DNA of 64,000 nt, taken from the NCBI RefSeq assembly GCF_026571515.1, contig NW_026865263.1, positions 62,001 to 126,000 of the forward strand, written 5' to 3'. The notes below the pieces were generated by a model. It was not told the DNA's origin. It ran no database searches and worked only from the letters and a program-made list of their open reading frames with translations. Position numbers and translations under genes: made by a program. Origin of the DNA: Ruditapes philippinarum (Eukaryota). Of this stretch, positions 24,224 through 38,800 are shown one piece after another (position 1 is the first letter of the stretch; the number at the start of each line of letters is the position of its first letter).

Positions 24224-26866
24224 GGAAAGTTTGGAGATGAAAAGTAGAAATGCTTAGGATCAATTCACTCCCGAAGAGAAAACTAACCACTTTCTTAAAC
24301 TGCAATAAGTGTTACAATATTACTTTAAAAGATGCAGAAAAAAATATTCAAACCGCAGTCATAATCAGCCACAAAATCGATATTGCATGAGCTTGATACT
24401 GTTAACTGAACATATAATAAGTGAATGTTTCACAGAAACGATAATTCTTATGGATAAAGAATATTTAAAACTGATAAAGGAATTAAAAAGTATTCATTTA
24501 GAGTATAACGTTGTTTTGTAAATGACTTGACATTTATAGATTTTCTTATACAAGCTATTTACGAACTATTTTATGTTAACTTACATTGTAAATCCTTTTT
24601 ACTTATAACAAAGTTTTGTTAAAGGTTTTTATTCAAAATTTTTTTTATTGGTTTTAAAAAAAATAAAAAGGAGTTTAATGCTTTTCCCTTTTTTTGTTTG
24701 CAAATATCGTATACAAAAGGGAGTGATGAAACGCAAGAAAACAAAAAAAATAAGGGGATTAAGTTAGATTTGTATTGTTGTTGTTGGGCTTTAATTCACA
24801 ACGACACTTTACATGTCATATGGCGATTTTCCAGTTTTACTGGTGGAGGAAGTTCCCAGGTTAAACAATGCATATTGTTTTCCCCAATTATCTATTATAT
24901 CGACGTTTTTGAAAGTTATCTATATTGTTTTATTATGATATCACATAATCTTTATCAGATCTGTCGGTGTAAATTTAAAAAGGTATCTATTTCAACAAAT
25001 TGACAGTCTTATAAGTGATCTCTTATTAAATTATCACCCAATACTTGCGTTGATATCAAATTGGCCAATGCACATAAAATATTTCATTGCAATAAAATAT
25101 TTTGATTAACAAAGTATTCATGTTTGTCAGCTCTAAGATGGTGTGGATTACATATACAGGTGTAAGGTTTAAGGTTAGCGACAGTGGTAACGAAGGAACT
25201 GAAGCATATAACTGTTCCATTTTTAAGTAGGTCACTACAGATAGGATCTTTTACAATAATCTCTAATTTCCGTCGAATTAACTTGGCTAGCTTTATTTCA
25301 ACAGATAGGCGTCCTAACTAATGGTTTGTAATTAAATGATCACCTTATACCAACATTAAATAAAAATTGTCTAATCGGGAAAAACTTTGACATACGTAAT
25401 AACAGGAAACTCGTTTAGGAACAATTGTTTGAAAGCGACATCATTGACAAATAACCCTGTTCAATATTTATATATATAATTATATATAATTCGTTGATTT
25501 AGAACAAAAGATTGTCAGTTACTATTATGAAAATTATTTCAATATATATAATGAATACAAAAACACCAATGTATTTATACTTAGTATCTGAAAATAAGGA
25601 AGTATTTAGGCGAAATAATACAATAAGACTGAAAGAGAGAAAAAATCCCCATTTTAATGGTAATATATATTCTTTTGTTTTAAACCAAATTTAATCATAT
25701 GAGGTTGCATAGTTATGACCTTGTCAGACAGAAAAACACAATTGGCATATACGATTACCAATAGCAGACCATACTTCCTTGATAACTTGTTTCTAACTGC
25801 AGGAACATTCAAATATCATAAATCAAATGATTTAAAACTATTATTTTTACCTACCTATTTACCTCTCTAAGTTTCCTTTACTTTATTGTACTAAGATGGT
25901 GGAAATCTCTTGTATTTCCTACAATTTTATCATTGGTGACTATATCTTTGGTATTGCAATATAAAGTCTTCAGTTTCTTCTATCAAAGTACAACATTCAC
26001 ATTCATCGTTTATACTATAGCAGATGTGTTTATTTGAAATTATTTCTTTTTTCAAGTTTTCCTAAAAATGTATGATTCTCTTATACCTGTAATTCGATGA
26101 TATGATAATCGATTTTGATTATATTTTGGTTCTTCCGATTATAGTTACAAATGTCATATGTTTTCTGAAAAACTGTTCTAATTTTCAAGCGCATTTTCAA
26201 CTAGAGGGGGTAATAGTTGTAATAAATAAAATGGCTATGAATTATGTTTTGTTAGTGTTATTTCTTTGCATGCTTAAACTAGTTTTTGAATATTCTTTCT
26301 GTCAAAGAACACTCACCAGGTTTCTTGTAGTAAAAGGTAGACACTGTCAAACCGATTAAAACTCTGGTGATGTTATTTAATTATTTTTCAAATATCTTTC
26401 TGATACAGAGTTCAGGCATCACATATTCTAGACGTGGGACTCAATGTGATAAATACATCTTTATATCATTGAGCTTACTTCTTTGAAATTGTTTCGAAGT
26501 TTATGAAGAAATAATTGTTGAAACCTGTTCGTGCCATGGTGATAAAAAAAAATAATAAAATACACATGTCGAAATTTAATTGAGGATGACCTCTATCACA
26601 AAGCAAAAAACAATATCCGGTATATCTCAGAACCTCAACTTTTGGATTTTCGTATCGTCCGGCTCCTGTCGGTAAAGGTATCTATAGAGTAAATGATATT
26701 ATTTATTCAAATAAATAAAACATTATGCTTCTTTCCCTTTCTAATGTCATGGGTTAATAAATGAAATAGCCAATCAAATTTCAGTATACCTCCTACAAAG
26801 ATTCATGTTCATGACTTCCGCGTTTTGAAATTATTATGGCATTTATCAATCACTGCACAGACCGCG

Positions 26867-29800
26867 ATGGAGGCAACATGGATTGCTCATGTAGCTATAA
26901 TGTTTGCTGTTTGTAATTCATTGGTTTGTAAGTAAGATTTTCTTTATTATTTAGATTCAATATATCTTTAGAATGATACCAGTTACGAATTTGAATGGTT
27001 TGGTTTTGGAACCCTAGAACGATGTAAGTCAAAAAAGTCAGAATCCTTTTATTTAGTCAATGGTCATAATAACATGACAACAGACATTGCAAAAGAACTA
27101 TACTATTTTAACACAGGTGGGTTAAACCAAAATGATAAGTACTATAATAATAAAGAATCCTCGCCAAAAGCGTTCCAGTTACTGTGAAATAAATTATACT
27201 TGTACTGAATATTAATAACATATGGCACAAGAATGACAGAACAATTTGACGGGGATATCAGTGAAAAAAAGCTTTGACACTTTTTCCATTCACAAACATA
27301 AATATCTTTTAAAGACTGTAATTGATTGTATTCGTTTTTACAACAAGCACAAGTAATCTTAGAGATATGAAAAAAAAGACAAAACGAAAACAAGTGGTAA
27401 TGTAATAGCGTAGTAAAATATGTCATTGATATTAACAATATTATAGACGACCTTTTAATCATATTTTATGTCATTGACTGGCAATTAAGTTAGGAGAATT
27501 GAGTCACAGGTAATTCGTGTCGAAAAGAGTAACATGGCTGGCAAAAATTAATGCTGGGAGAATTAGATCCAGGGGAAAGCATGATGAAATAAGGTATGCC
27601 ATTGTCGTATGAAAGAAACGTTACATCGAGGGAAAGGGAGTAACTTAATAATATGACAGGTAGTTAACATGCGCAAAAACAACGATAATCTAATATGTTC
27701 CGTAAATAACAGTTTTAGTATTTTACGACTAGCTTTACGCTTTTAGTGTTTCAAAATGTGTAGTGTTAAGTTGTTAATTATTCTTGATGACATTTGGATT
27801 CTTATAATAACAGAATATTACTCTGGAATCATTTGTTTCCTTAATTTCTAAACAATTTACACAACATAATTGCATGTTATTCATCACTAAGTGTTTGACA
27901 TTCTGTACAAATTATTTCATTAAATGAAGTCTTATTATAACGGAGTATTTCTACAGGCAGTCAATGATTTGATGACGCAGTTTCAGGGGTAAGTTGTTTG
28001 AAAAATGGTAAGGCTTTATTCGTGTTAGTGCTGCTGTTTGAAAAAATAATACAGTTTAACAAACAAATCAAAATCATTTAAACATTTTTGAAACTCATGC
28101 GCCGTTTTAGCTAGTATGATGGTGTCGACTGCAAACAAGAGACCCAAAATAGTTATATTAAAGGTAAAGGACAACAATAACAAAAATTCAAAACAAAGAA
28201 AAAAAGAAAGAAAAAGGAAAATCAATAAAAAATAAATACACATCAAAGGAAAGACACTTACTAGAATACTTTAATTTTACTTTGGAAGTTTAAGTAAACC
28301 GATTGAGCTATGTGGTCAAATGGTCAACATTCATTATTTTTAGGATATATTATAGAAAATGTAGATAGGTAGCTGTATCTTATTATCACTTTATCTTTAT
28401 TGAAATTTTTATCACTGAAATACTATGACGTTATTATCAGAACATACTTGGAAACATCAACCCTTTGGACATAACCTTCACGAATACCATACTGATCTTG
28501 ACATTGTTTAGACTGTTTCACAGTAGTTTCATTTCAATTCTTTTGCTCAAACAAGAAAGCTTTACATCTAAATAAGTGAAGAAATAATTGTGTTGAATTG
28601 TTAAGTTAGGAGTTGAACGATAAGACAATACAAACCTGCACAAGCTTCTTATGAATCCATAAGTTCTACAGATGTCTTAAATATACGCACTGCGTGTTTA
28701 ACAACTCTGACATGCTGTCGAACGAATTTACGAAACTCTCCCTCCATGGTCTACCTAGAGTGCATATAATTACCTTTAATCGTTAGTAGTTCGTACGTTG
28801 TAGGAGTCTTTTTTATCTTTGAAGATATGTCAGCGCGACATCATTATTGTGTGTGTATGTTTGTGGTGATTTTGTTTGATTTAATATTTTTACTATTGAA
28901 AACTGTTCAGTCAGTCTTAGGATATTATGCCTGCTTTATTAATCTGTCTTTTGACGCATTGTCTGTGATGTGAAGGCTTCGTAACCTCTTATCCACCTTT
29001 TAACATTAGTTTTATTTAGTTCTGCCCATTGTTTTATCGTTTAATTTGGGACAATACGCCGCTTTTCATGGCATGACACGAACATGCCACGATGAATGTT
29101 CCATGAAAGCCGCTGTATGAATACACCTGCAAATAATATTGCAATGACCTCTTCCGTAAAATGCGTTTATTGAAACAATGCAGAAGCTGAAACAACCCCA
29201 AGTGGCAGCGATTTACCCTATGTAAACAAGAAAATTGTTATACTCCCTACAATAATTGGATTTGGAGAAGCAACCTTAGATTATTTTAGATGACATAATT
29301 CCGGCACAAATCTTTAAAATATTTTAATTGTTCAATGTTGTATAAATATTTTTTGTATCATAGTTTGGGGACCTTTCTGTTGAAAAAGTGTCAGAGTTAA
29401 ATCGTATACATATACATGCACAGTGCGGTAACTGGAGTGCAGGTATCAGTTACCCGCACTCCAGAATGATAATGCCCGGTGATTGGTTCATTTTTGCTGA
29501 GGTTTACTTATTATGACGGCAGAGAAAGGGAAAGGGGCAGAAATATCATATTCAAATGCTCGTTCATTGGTTCATTTTTTCTGGGGTTTCATATTATGAC
29601 AACAGGGAACGTGCTGTCATGTTTGACTATGATACAAAAGAGAAAGAACACCAAAACACTCGGCAATCTGATTTATACTCGGGGGCTACGCCCCCTCGTA
29701 CAAATCAGATAGCCTCGTGTTTCGGTGCTCTTTTTATTACTTATGGCACCGGATATCTAAGATGCATCGGTACTAGTAATTATAACACTGCTCTGATCTG

Positions 29801-32800
29801 CGCCAAGGACGAAACCAAAGTGACTTTTTTTTGCGCAGCGCTTGCTGTATTTATACTAATGAGTGAACCATCTCCGCAGTGAATGAAAACAATGATTTTG
29901 ATAAATAAATAAAAATAAAACGTTTCTTGATACTGATTCTAACAAAATCTTATAAGCGTCTGTTACTTAAAGTTATTTCTCTTATGAACTACTGTGAACA
30001 ACAGATAAACAATTTCAACTATAAACACTTTGAAGGATACCATAAAGTTATACTGATTTTAACGTAAAGATGATTAAAATACCTACTCTTTGTTACAAAT
30101 ACATGATTATATTTTTCCAATACAAATGGCGAACTTATAAAAGGGGAGGTAATAAAGTTACCCATCAAGTACGTTTCCGTCACACTGTCTTGGTATTCCT
30201 GCAAGAACCTATTCCTGCAAGAACCTATCAGAGGCATGTACATCTAACTTTCATAGAAGTTACACAATTATATCTTCATGTACATCTTCTTCTTAAAACC
30301 TAGTATTTCATGCTGGTAGATTCAACTAGATCGCTAACCCAACATGAAATCCTAGTTTTCAAAAAGGAGTAATTTTACACTGTTCTATCTCTCTTTGTGT
30401 ATAGTGACAAAAACACCATGATTGTAATATAAAACAGTAAAAGGTGTTTTCACTATAGATGGCAGTTGTATTGAGCCCGTTACACAGTTATCCGACATGC
30501 CTCTCCGACAACCTAGCAGGCATTGGGGAGAAGAAGGAAATCTTGGTATCAGCGATGATGATTTAAACTATGATTGGTACAGTGTTGTATATAATGGATG
30601 GCAATTTATTATGGTTGACTCAACTGAAAAACCAAATTATACAGACTGTTCAACATACTATCCAGTTTACTTGAAAGGTAATTGTCATATTAAATAGAAA
30701 TAGTATACAATAGTTTCATTATCTTAATTGTGGAAATTATTAATCCATTAATCATAAGGATATTAACCGAAAAATGTTTTGTTAAATTATTTTATTAGAT
30801 TTATTATCACTTATGGTAAAAATTATTATCATAAGAGCAAAGTAACGTTATTAATGTGAAAATGATCTGATTGCTTTTTATAAACCTTGAACCAGTTTCT
30901 AGGGCCATTGGTATGTTATGATAAGCAGCTTGCTTAATTTGATTATTGTAAAAAGAAAGATCCATTGTATGTTTATGATTAATGATTGAGATTCTAAAGT
31001 AATTATACCGCTGTGGTTCTCTTTTTACCTGCTGCAGATACACATCCATCGCTAAGAAGTTTGAGTACAACACCAACAAATGTTATTGCCTGCTTGCGTG
31101 ATTACTTGTTCCCATGTGATATACAATATGAAGTGAAGATAAGAAGATGTGAAAATGAAATCCAGTATTTCCTGCCTGAAACCAAGGGATACAGTGCATT
31201 CTGCTTTAGTAAAAAAGCTATATTGTTTAATTAGAACTAAAATAAACATGTTATAACTTATAGTAAAAAACTATATTGTTTAATTAAGAACTAAAATAAA
31301 CATGTCATAACTTATAGTAAAAAAACTATATTGTTTAATTAGAACTAAAATAAACATGTCATAACTTATAGTAAAAAAAGCTATATTGTTTAATTAGGAA
31401 CTAAAATAAACATGTCATAACTTATAGTAAAAAAGCTATATTGTTTAATTAGGAACTAAAATAAACATGTCATAACTTATAGTAAAAAAGCTACATTGTT
31501 TAATTAGAACTAAAACACCATAATGAATTGTACATGTTTTTTTCTCTTTACAGGAAATCATTCTAAACTAACCTTCCCACCTGATATATCAGATGCTGTC
31601 CTAGGAGATATAGGCATTGCACCGGAGCTCAAATTCACAGAAACAACAGTACCTTACGGAGATACAGAAACAATTAACTTTAACCCATTCTTTCAATTCA
31701 GATGTTTCTTCAATTTACAAGAGGATTTCTATTACAAAGTTAACTGGTATCTTTTAAAATTGTTAGCTAAAGTTATGATCAATTATCAAAAAGGCAAGCC
31801 AAAATAATATTCATTTCTGTATATTAACAGTAGCATTACATCGGCACCTTATGGTTATTCTTTCTAAAAAGTCCTTTCGAATATTTAGCTTGATATATCT
31901 GAAGGTTAGCAATTATTTACACTGTTGATCTGAGATGCTGTAAGTAGATGTTGATGTTTTGCATATAGATAGGCAGTATTAACGGGAACATCATTAAGAT
32001 AGTCTCCCTTTCTTGCCGACCATTAGATACTAAGTGTACTAGTGTACTTGTACCATAGTTGCGTAAATTTTGAATTAAGTTTGTATTTTGTACCTACAGT
32101 TACATTATAAAACGGGATAATGAACTAGGTTAGAGAGTCGTATCAGCTATCTAACATATCTTAAATATAAATAGAAATTAACAGTATTAAAGATGTCATG
32201 GCGGGAAAGCGATGTAACCTGTAAGTGTAGTTCTTCGAAAACCTCGATACAGATCCGTTTAATATCAAAGGGTTTTATTTTTCAAATTAAGTGCATAAAT
32301 CCTACAATGAATGAAGTTTATGTTTTCTAGAAAACTACGGTTTTCAGAATACTTTTTCATAATTGAGGACAACTACTGTAAAGTATTAATTGATGATTTA
32401 TAAATGTCATAAAACCTTAATTTATTACTGAGCTTCTAATAAGTATGACTTTTTGAAATTGTCAAAAGTTTACAAAAAGTATAATTATAGCTATTTGCAT
32501 CATAATCATAGCATTTATAATATTAACTTCCATAAAAGGTACATAAACGGGTCACTTATTGTTTCGTACGGACCGACATTAAATGCCGATGACCTACTGT
32601 TTCACGAAGACGTGCTTATGAATAACTCAATAGAAATGGGCTTTTATGTAAGTATTTATTAATCATTATTATCATTAAAATGTATTGATGTTATTGCATA
32701 ATTTGGTACATACTGTTAACTGCGCATACCATATTATGGATTCATTGTTGTTAATCATTTTAAGTACTTAGAAGTCTCAGATGTTTTCTTTGACAAATGA

Positions 32801-35800
32801 GAAAAAGTATGAAGTATCTTAATATGATTCAGTTCATGCTTTAAAACCTTAGTGCAAAGTGTTAATGTCTCATATTTGAAAAGATCAAGCTTTTATGTTA
32901 AGAGAGCATACATGCCCTTTTGTGGTATTCCTCGTTGGCATTTTACAAGTTTTTCAAAAATGACATCTTGTATATATTCTTGTCACTTAAGATTTATTGT
33001 GGCGTGAGTGCTCTTACATCTGATTCTGTTGATGCCGGGGTAACAGAAATGTTGTACAGTACAAGCTATTATGCAGGCATAAAAGTAAGTGAATATTTTC
33101 TAATAAATGAAAAGATATCAGTGAATATTAATATTTATTATGGAAAGGATATTATTTTGTTATTTGATAAAAAGTAACAGACCTTTGGCTTTTTAGACTA
33201 TATGTCAGAAATTAATTGTTATAATTGTTTTTGGTAGACAGTTTTATAACGTTTACTAGGAAAATAAAATAAATACCCAAGAGCTATAAAAAAGCACAAA
33301 AAAAACAACAAAAAAAAAAACAGTGCAATGGAAAATACCTTTGACAACAAAATGACGTAATTCAATAAGATGATTCCTTTAAGCCACACACATCCAGATA
33401 TTAAAACTAAACATTCATGTAACCGGTGTGTGTGAGATAGTCATGTGTCATAACAATGGTTGTAATATATGTAATAATTGTCTAAACTGCCTTAATAATA
33501 GAATTGTTTCAAAACGATGAAAGTACGGTGTTCCGTTTGGACAATCGTGATTTTTTAGTTAGTCTGTACCCGTGATGCACGATGGAATGATGGTGAAACG
33601 CGATGGTACAATGGTACAATGGAGAAAACAATGTTATGATGATGAAATCGCGATGGTTTTATTGCGATTACATCGCGTTTTCACCATCGTAACATCGCGT
33701 TGTCACAATAGTACCATCACGTTTTTACTATCGTGCCATCGCTTCACCATCGTGCCATAGCGTTTATATCATCGTACCATCGCGCTTTCACCATCATACC
33801 ATCGCGTTTTCATCATCTTGCCATCGCGTTTTCACTACCGTACCATCGTGTTTTCACCATCGTGCCATCGCGCCATCGTATCATCGCCTTTTGGTCAGTT
33901 TAACCAGGACATGTACAGAAAGATGTCAGATTCGTATACGGCAGATAGTAAAATCAAGTTTAGAATACTTACTATGTAATTTGACTTATAAATAATAAAA
34001 CCTATTATCTCCACATTACATTTTCGATTTATGTCGTTTTACAGTATATAGAGCAAAGACTATTTAATGTATGCTTATATATGCTTAATATATGTTTGCT
34101 GTATTTAAGATATCAACTTGAATGTGAATGTACCGTGCACAAGGATGACAACTATATTGTTTTAGATTTTTGAGCGATTGCCTTTTGTTATGTTTCATGT
34201 TTCAAATACTAAGATCTATAAGATACGCAAATAGAAATGGTGCGGGGTTAAATAATGAAAAGGTATACATTGTTGATAAAAAATATACCATTGCGCACGA
34301 ACACCATAAGACGATGGCACGATGATGAAATCGCTATGGTACGATGGTGAAAACACCATGGCATGATGGTGAGAACGCGATGGTACGATGGTTAAAACAC
34401 GATGGCACGATGGTGAAAACGCTATGGAACGATGATGAGAAAACGATGATGCGATGGTACGATGGTGAAAACACGATGGTGCGATGGTACTATTGTGAAA
34501 ACGCGATGGTACATTGGTGAAAACACGATGTTTTCACAATCGTCAAATCGTGCATCGCAGGTAAGGACGAAATAAAAAAATCACGATTGTCCAAACGGAA
34601 AACCGTAAAACTTAGAATCCTTGCTAAAATGAGGATGTACAGTTGGAAGAAAATAAACACTTTTCTGTACCAAATATGTTTAAAGTTTTACCTCTTTAAG
34701 TGCTCTTTTTTATCGTTGAGTTTTTGTCAAAGATGCTCAGTATGGAGAATTTATTTTTAAACTACGAAAGGTATGAACATAAAACTTTGAATGACACTTT
34801 TGTACGAGGGGCATTGGGCGCCCAGGGGCGAGTGCTTTAGTTCGTTTCGATTTGCCCCACACCGCAGTGTTTCATGTCAGGAAGCTAGCATACGGAAAGT
34901 CGGTGGTTCTACTCGGGTACCAGTTCGTGCCTGAAAAGCACATGAGGTCCTTCTCAAGTAAAGCTGGAAAGTTGTCATTTAACATATACTGCGTCGGTGC
35001 GACGAAAAACCAAATCAAACAAACATACAAACAAACAAACGAGGGACATATTTTAATTAGTGACAACAACAAAATTTAACCATAATTTGCACGTAAAAGT
35101 ACTTGTATTATATAACGTTCGAAATATTATTGATTTTCCTAACCAGCATTCTATTTTCCACTATTTGCGCGTGCAATAACATTGATGAAGGTCATTTTAA
35201 TACATGTGTTTTTGTAAACTGGTTGTTAAGCGGCATTGTCATTGGAGGGAGATGCAAAGTTCATGGGTCATTGCGGAAATACGCGTCAGAAATAAAAACG
35301 AATTTAGATTAAGTTTATGGAAAAATGCTCTTCCATATCGTACACGTGCCAGAAGGGTGTTAATTAATGTTTACGGAAAGTTAACTAATGTTAAGGATGA
35401 TCCTCGCCCCGGGCGGCTATGAAAACATCAACAGCCATAGTTTATGAAGATGCAAGATATACCGTTGAGGAGGAAAGTGACATATCGGTCCTTAGTACGT
35501 TCCATCGTGGAAAAATAATTTAAGTTAAGGAAAGTGTGCGCCCGTGGGATCTCTCATTCAATAAATTTTGCCTTCGCGGCCGCCGGCTCGAAACCCATGT
35601 TGCCGTCGGAAGAACTCTCTAACGGTGTATAAACAGTATACCCAAAAACAAGTTCATAAACGCTTTTCGGAATGGATTTTGAGGCTGAAAAAGTGTGTAG
35701 AAGTCCATTGCGAATATTTTAAATGACTCTTCTAATCACTTTTCACAAGTATGACACATCTTTAAAAACGCGCTGCCGTTGCCACTAATTAAAATATGTT

Positions 35801-38800
35801 CCTCGTAAGACATAGAACATTATTCGGAAAGCAATATTTTTAAGTTTTATCCTTTTTTAACTTCAGTTGTTTATCATAAAAGGTTATTGACAGGCGTTGC
35901 TCGTAATATATTAGCATTTATGCTGCATGTGGTGCTTTTGTTTATACTTTTTACTAAGTCTAGTTGCTCATTATACCAAGTACATGTTTGCCTTCGTATC
36001 GTATATACATTATACATATTGTTACCACTGTAGAAGCCAATTGTTTGTATTTAGCTAAACATTTATATGCGAGTACATGAGGAAGGAAATAAAGAAAACT
36101 TCCAATTTCAATCTTTTATGTTTAGATAGACAAATAAGTAAACTAGATTTTGATTACTTGGCAACAATTTCTCCCTCCCGTGAGCAACAGGGAGTGGGTT
36201 TTTTTACAGATAGAACATCATTACTTTTTGCAACGAAACTTGTACATATATCATATTGTTTGGCAATATTGGCCTGAGACAGGGTTTTTTCTTTGAGTTT
36301 CCGTCATTTTACCATTAACACATTCGTTTTAATGTAAGTATAGTTATCGATTCATTTTCCAAAGTTACGCCGGATGGTCTTGTGGTAAAAGCAATTGAAT
36401 AGAAATCGCGTACTTGCAAGTTCGAATCCTCGACAACGATTTCTTTTAGGATAATTCAAAGGCGTAAATAACCCCCCGAAATGCTATCATTTATATATCT
36501 CAAAAACGTTTTATTGTTGATGTCTTATTAAGTTTCCAAATAGTTACTCATTCGTCATGAAGATAAACTTTTTTGACAATTTGTATGATATAACATTACG
36601 TTCGTTTTGCATGGAGATAAGAAACAACAACTTTATTTACATTTTATCATACCATGATAACAGCGAGATATGATATAATTCGCTATCATACAGGTATCAA
36701 GTACAACCATCAACATTAATAAAGGTGACACAGAGGTTCTTCAAATGACATCAACCATGCCAATAGGCTGCAGATATAATGTTCAACCTAACGAGTCATG
36801 TGTTGTAAACTTTCAAATATTTAATAGTAACGACAGTAGATTTCAGTGTAATGTTGCTGGTATAGCTAATATAGCTAATATAGACGAGCCGTTAAACCAA
36901 CGATGCTCAAATGGTTTTCAGGTAAACTATAAACTTGCATTTAAAATACATTTAAACATATTTCTCTCGATAGATTTCGTAAATATTACTAAGAAATAAA
37001 TTCATTTATGAAAATGATTGATATTGCTTGCTTTTAAAAATTGTTCCGCAGTAATTACCATTTGATAAAACAATTGATAATACTGCACGTTTCTAAAGTC
37101 GCTTTTCATTGAATAATCGTAAAAGTTTATACTGTCAATTTATGAAGAATTAATTTAAAAAAAAATATGCAATTGTATTATAAATTCGTTATAACTATTT
37201 CTGACAGGATATATGACTGTATATAACGGCTGTTTGCAATATAACCCTCGCCTAGCGGCTTTGCTTTGGTTAAATTTCAAACAACCGTTAACAAAGGGCC
37301 ACATAACCTGTCAGAATCTTTATGTATGGGTAAGAGTTCGTATTAAGACGACCGTAGGGAGTCTTATCGGACTCTTACCCATATAACTGCAAATCGGCTC
37401 TTACAACTCGATATCAGATAAAAATATAGAAAGTGTCACCTCTTTAATTAAGCATAACATTATTTTTCCCCAGCAGTCACGTAAAAACAAGGATGGGGTC
37501 CAATTACTTAATCTGGCATGTAAAACAATGAGTTTTCAATAATACCTAGTATTTTTTATGCAATTCATTCCTGTCATATGAAACAAAATAATGTTTTGCT
37601 TACTTTTTCTAGAAAATATAAAACAGTCAGCAATTAATAATTGACATTTTTCATAGAGTTTAAAGGATATCAAAAAGTTACTGTGTTCACATTTGTCTCT
37701 GCGAACTGAGCTCCACGTGCATTATCTATGTAATAAATTTGAATGTATCCTCACATTGCTACAGTGTTATCAGCCTTTTTAGAAACACCTGACCTGGCTA
37801 TTTAGAATATGCCAATCACAATTTTCAATATCAGCACTGGTTTCTTCATGAAATAGCGGCTACACTAATTACTGCCGAGTAAGAGCCGATTTGCAGTTAT
37901 AACAAGTAATATTTATGCAGCTTAAAATGTTTTTAGATATTGTTTTTACTTCAGACGCTGAAAAAAGAATCGGTATGGAATCCTGATACAGTGTTTAATT
38001 TTTCCATAATTACGACGGACATGAATTATGATGATGAACGACTTTATTACCTGTTGTTACAGTTTCCTAATACCATGGGTCATCGAATTTGGCGGAATTA
38101 TAATTTTCCGGTGATTAAGGTACACATAATAGTGTATGAGATTTATTTTACATATGAATTGTTAAGATATTGCATACTTATAACTGTTTTGAAATACTAA
38201 TATTTATTGTTATTTTTTAATACTTTTCACATGACCCATTTTTATTCTTCAATAACTTTTGTTTTGTTCCATACAAGTTTTTATTTCAATTTTGTTCTGC
38301 TGTTTTTTGGCGGCCGTGCTCTCACCTTTGCAACATTCATGCTTCAATTTTGTACTTGTAATTATATTGTTATTGATATTTTGTATTTAAAGGTTATCGT
38401 ATCTGACAAAGGAGAATACAGAAATAAGATATGTTATTCTCACATAGATCCACATATGAGATCAGCCGACGGCGTGTAAGTTTTTGCATCATTATAACTA
38501 TACGTTAAGTATGTAATGCTAAATTAAAGCTGGTATAATTGGCAATATAATTTTGAGTGTAAGGAGTTTTTATTGAATCTATTGGATCCATTGCAACCAT
38601 ATCGGTATATAGAATTGCAATTGACTTGACTACTAAAACACACGCCTTGTCAAATAGATAAAATTAATTTCGCCAAAATGAAAAATAAAAAATACGACAC
38701 ATTCTTTTGTAAACAAAATAGTCTTTACTCCTATTTTCTTTTTCAAATTCAAGCTATTTATATTGACCAAAACATACAGTGGTCATGTTTTGCAATACAA

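Noticed and set aside
27957-27988. Apparent small AG..GTAAGT exon in intron 1 of the large gene
   Set aside because: One acceptor gives an in-frame TGA and the other ends in phase 2. Exon 1 joins 30459 directly in frame (..SLVYGSC).
29479-29882. ORFs shared between 29.5 kb and 56.5 kb
   Set aside because: The similarity comes from the dispersed hairpin repeat and appears in several frames; there is no protein motif.
31208-31515. CRISPR-like regular repeats (also 61473-61810)
   Set aside because: Head-to-tail units without unique spacers, in eukaryotic introns, with no cas genes.
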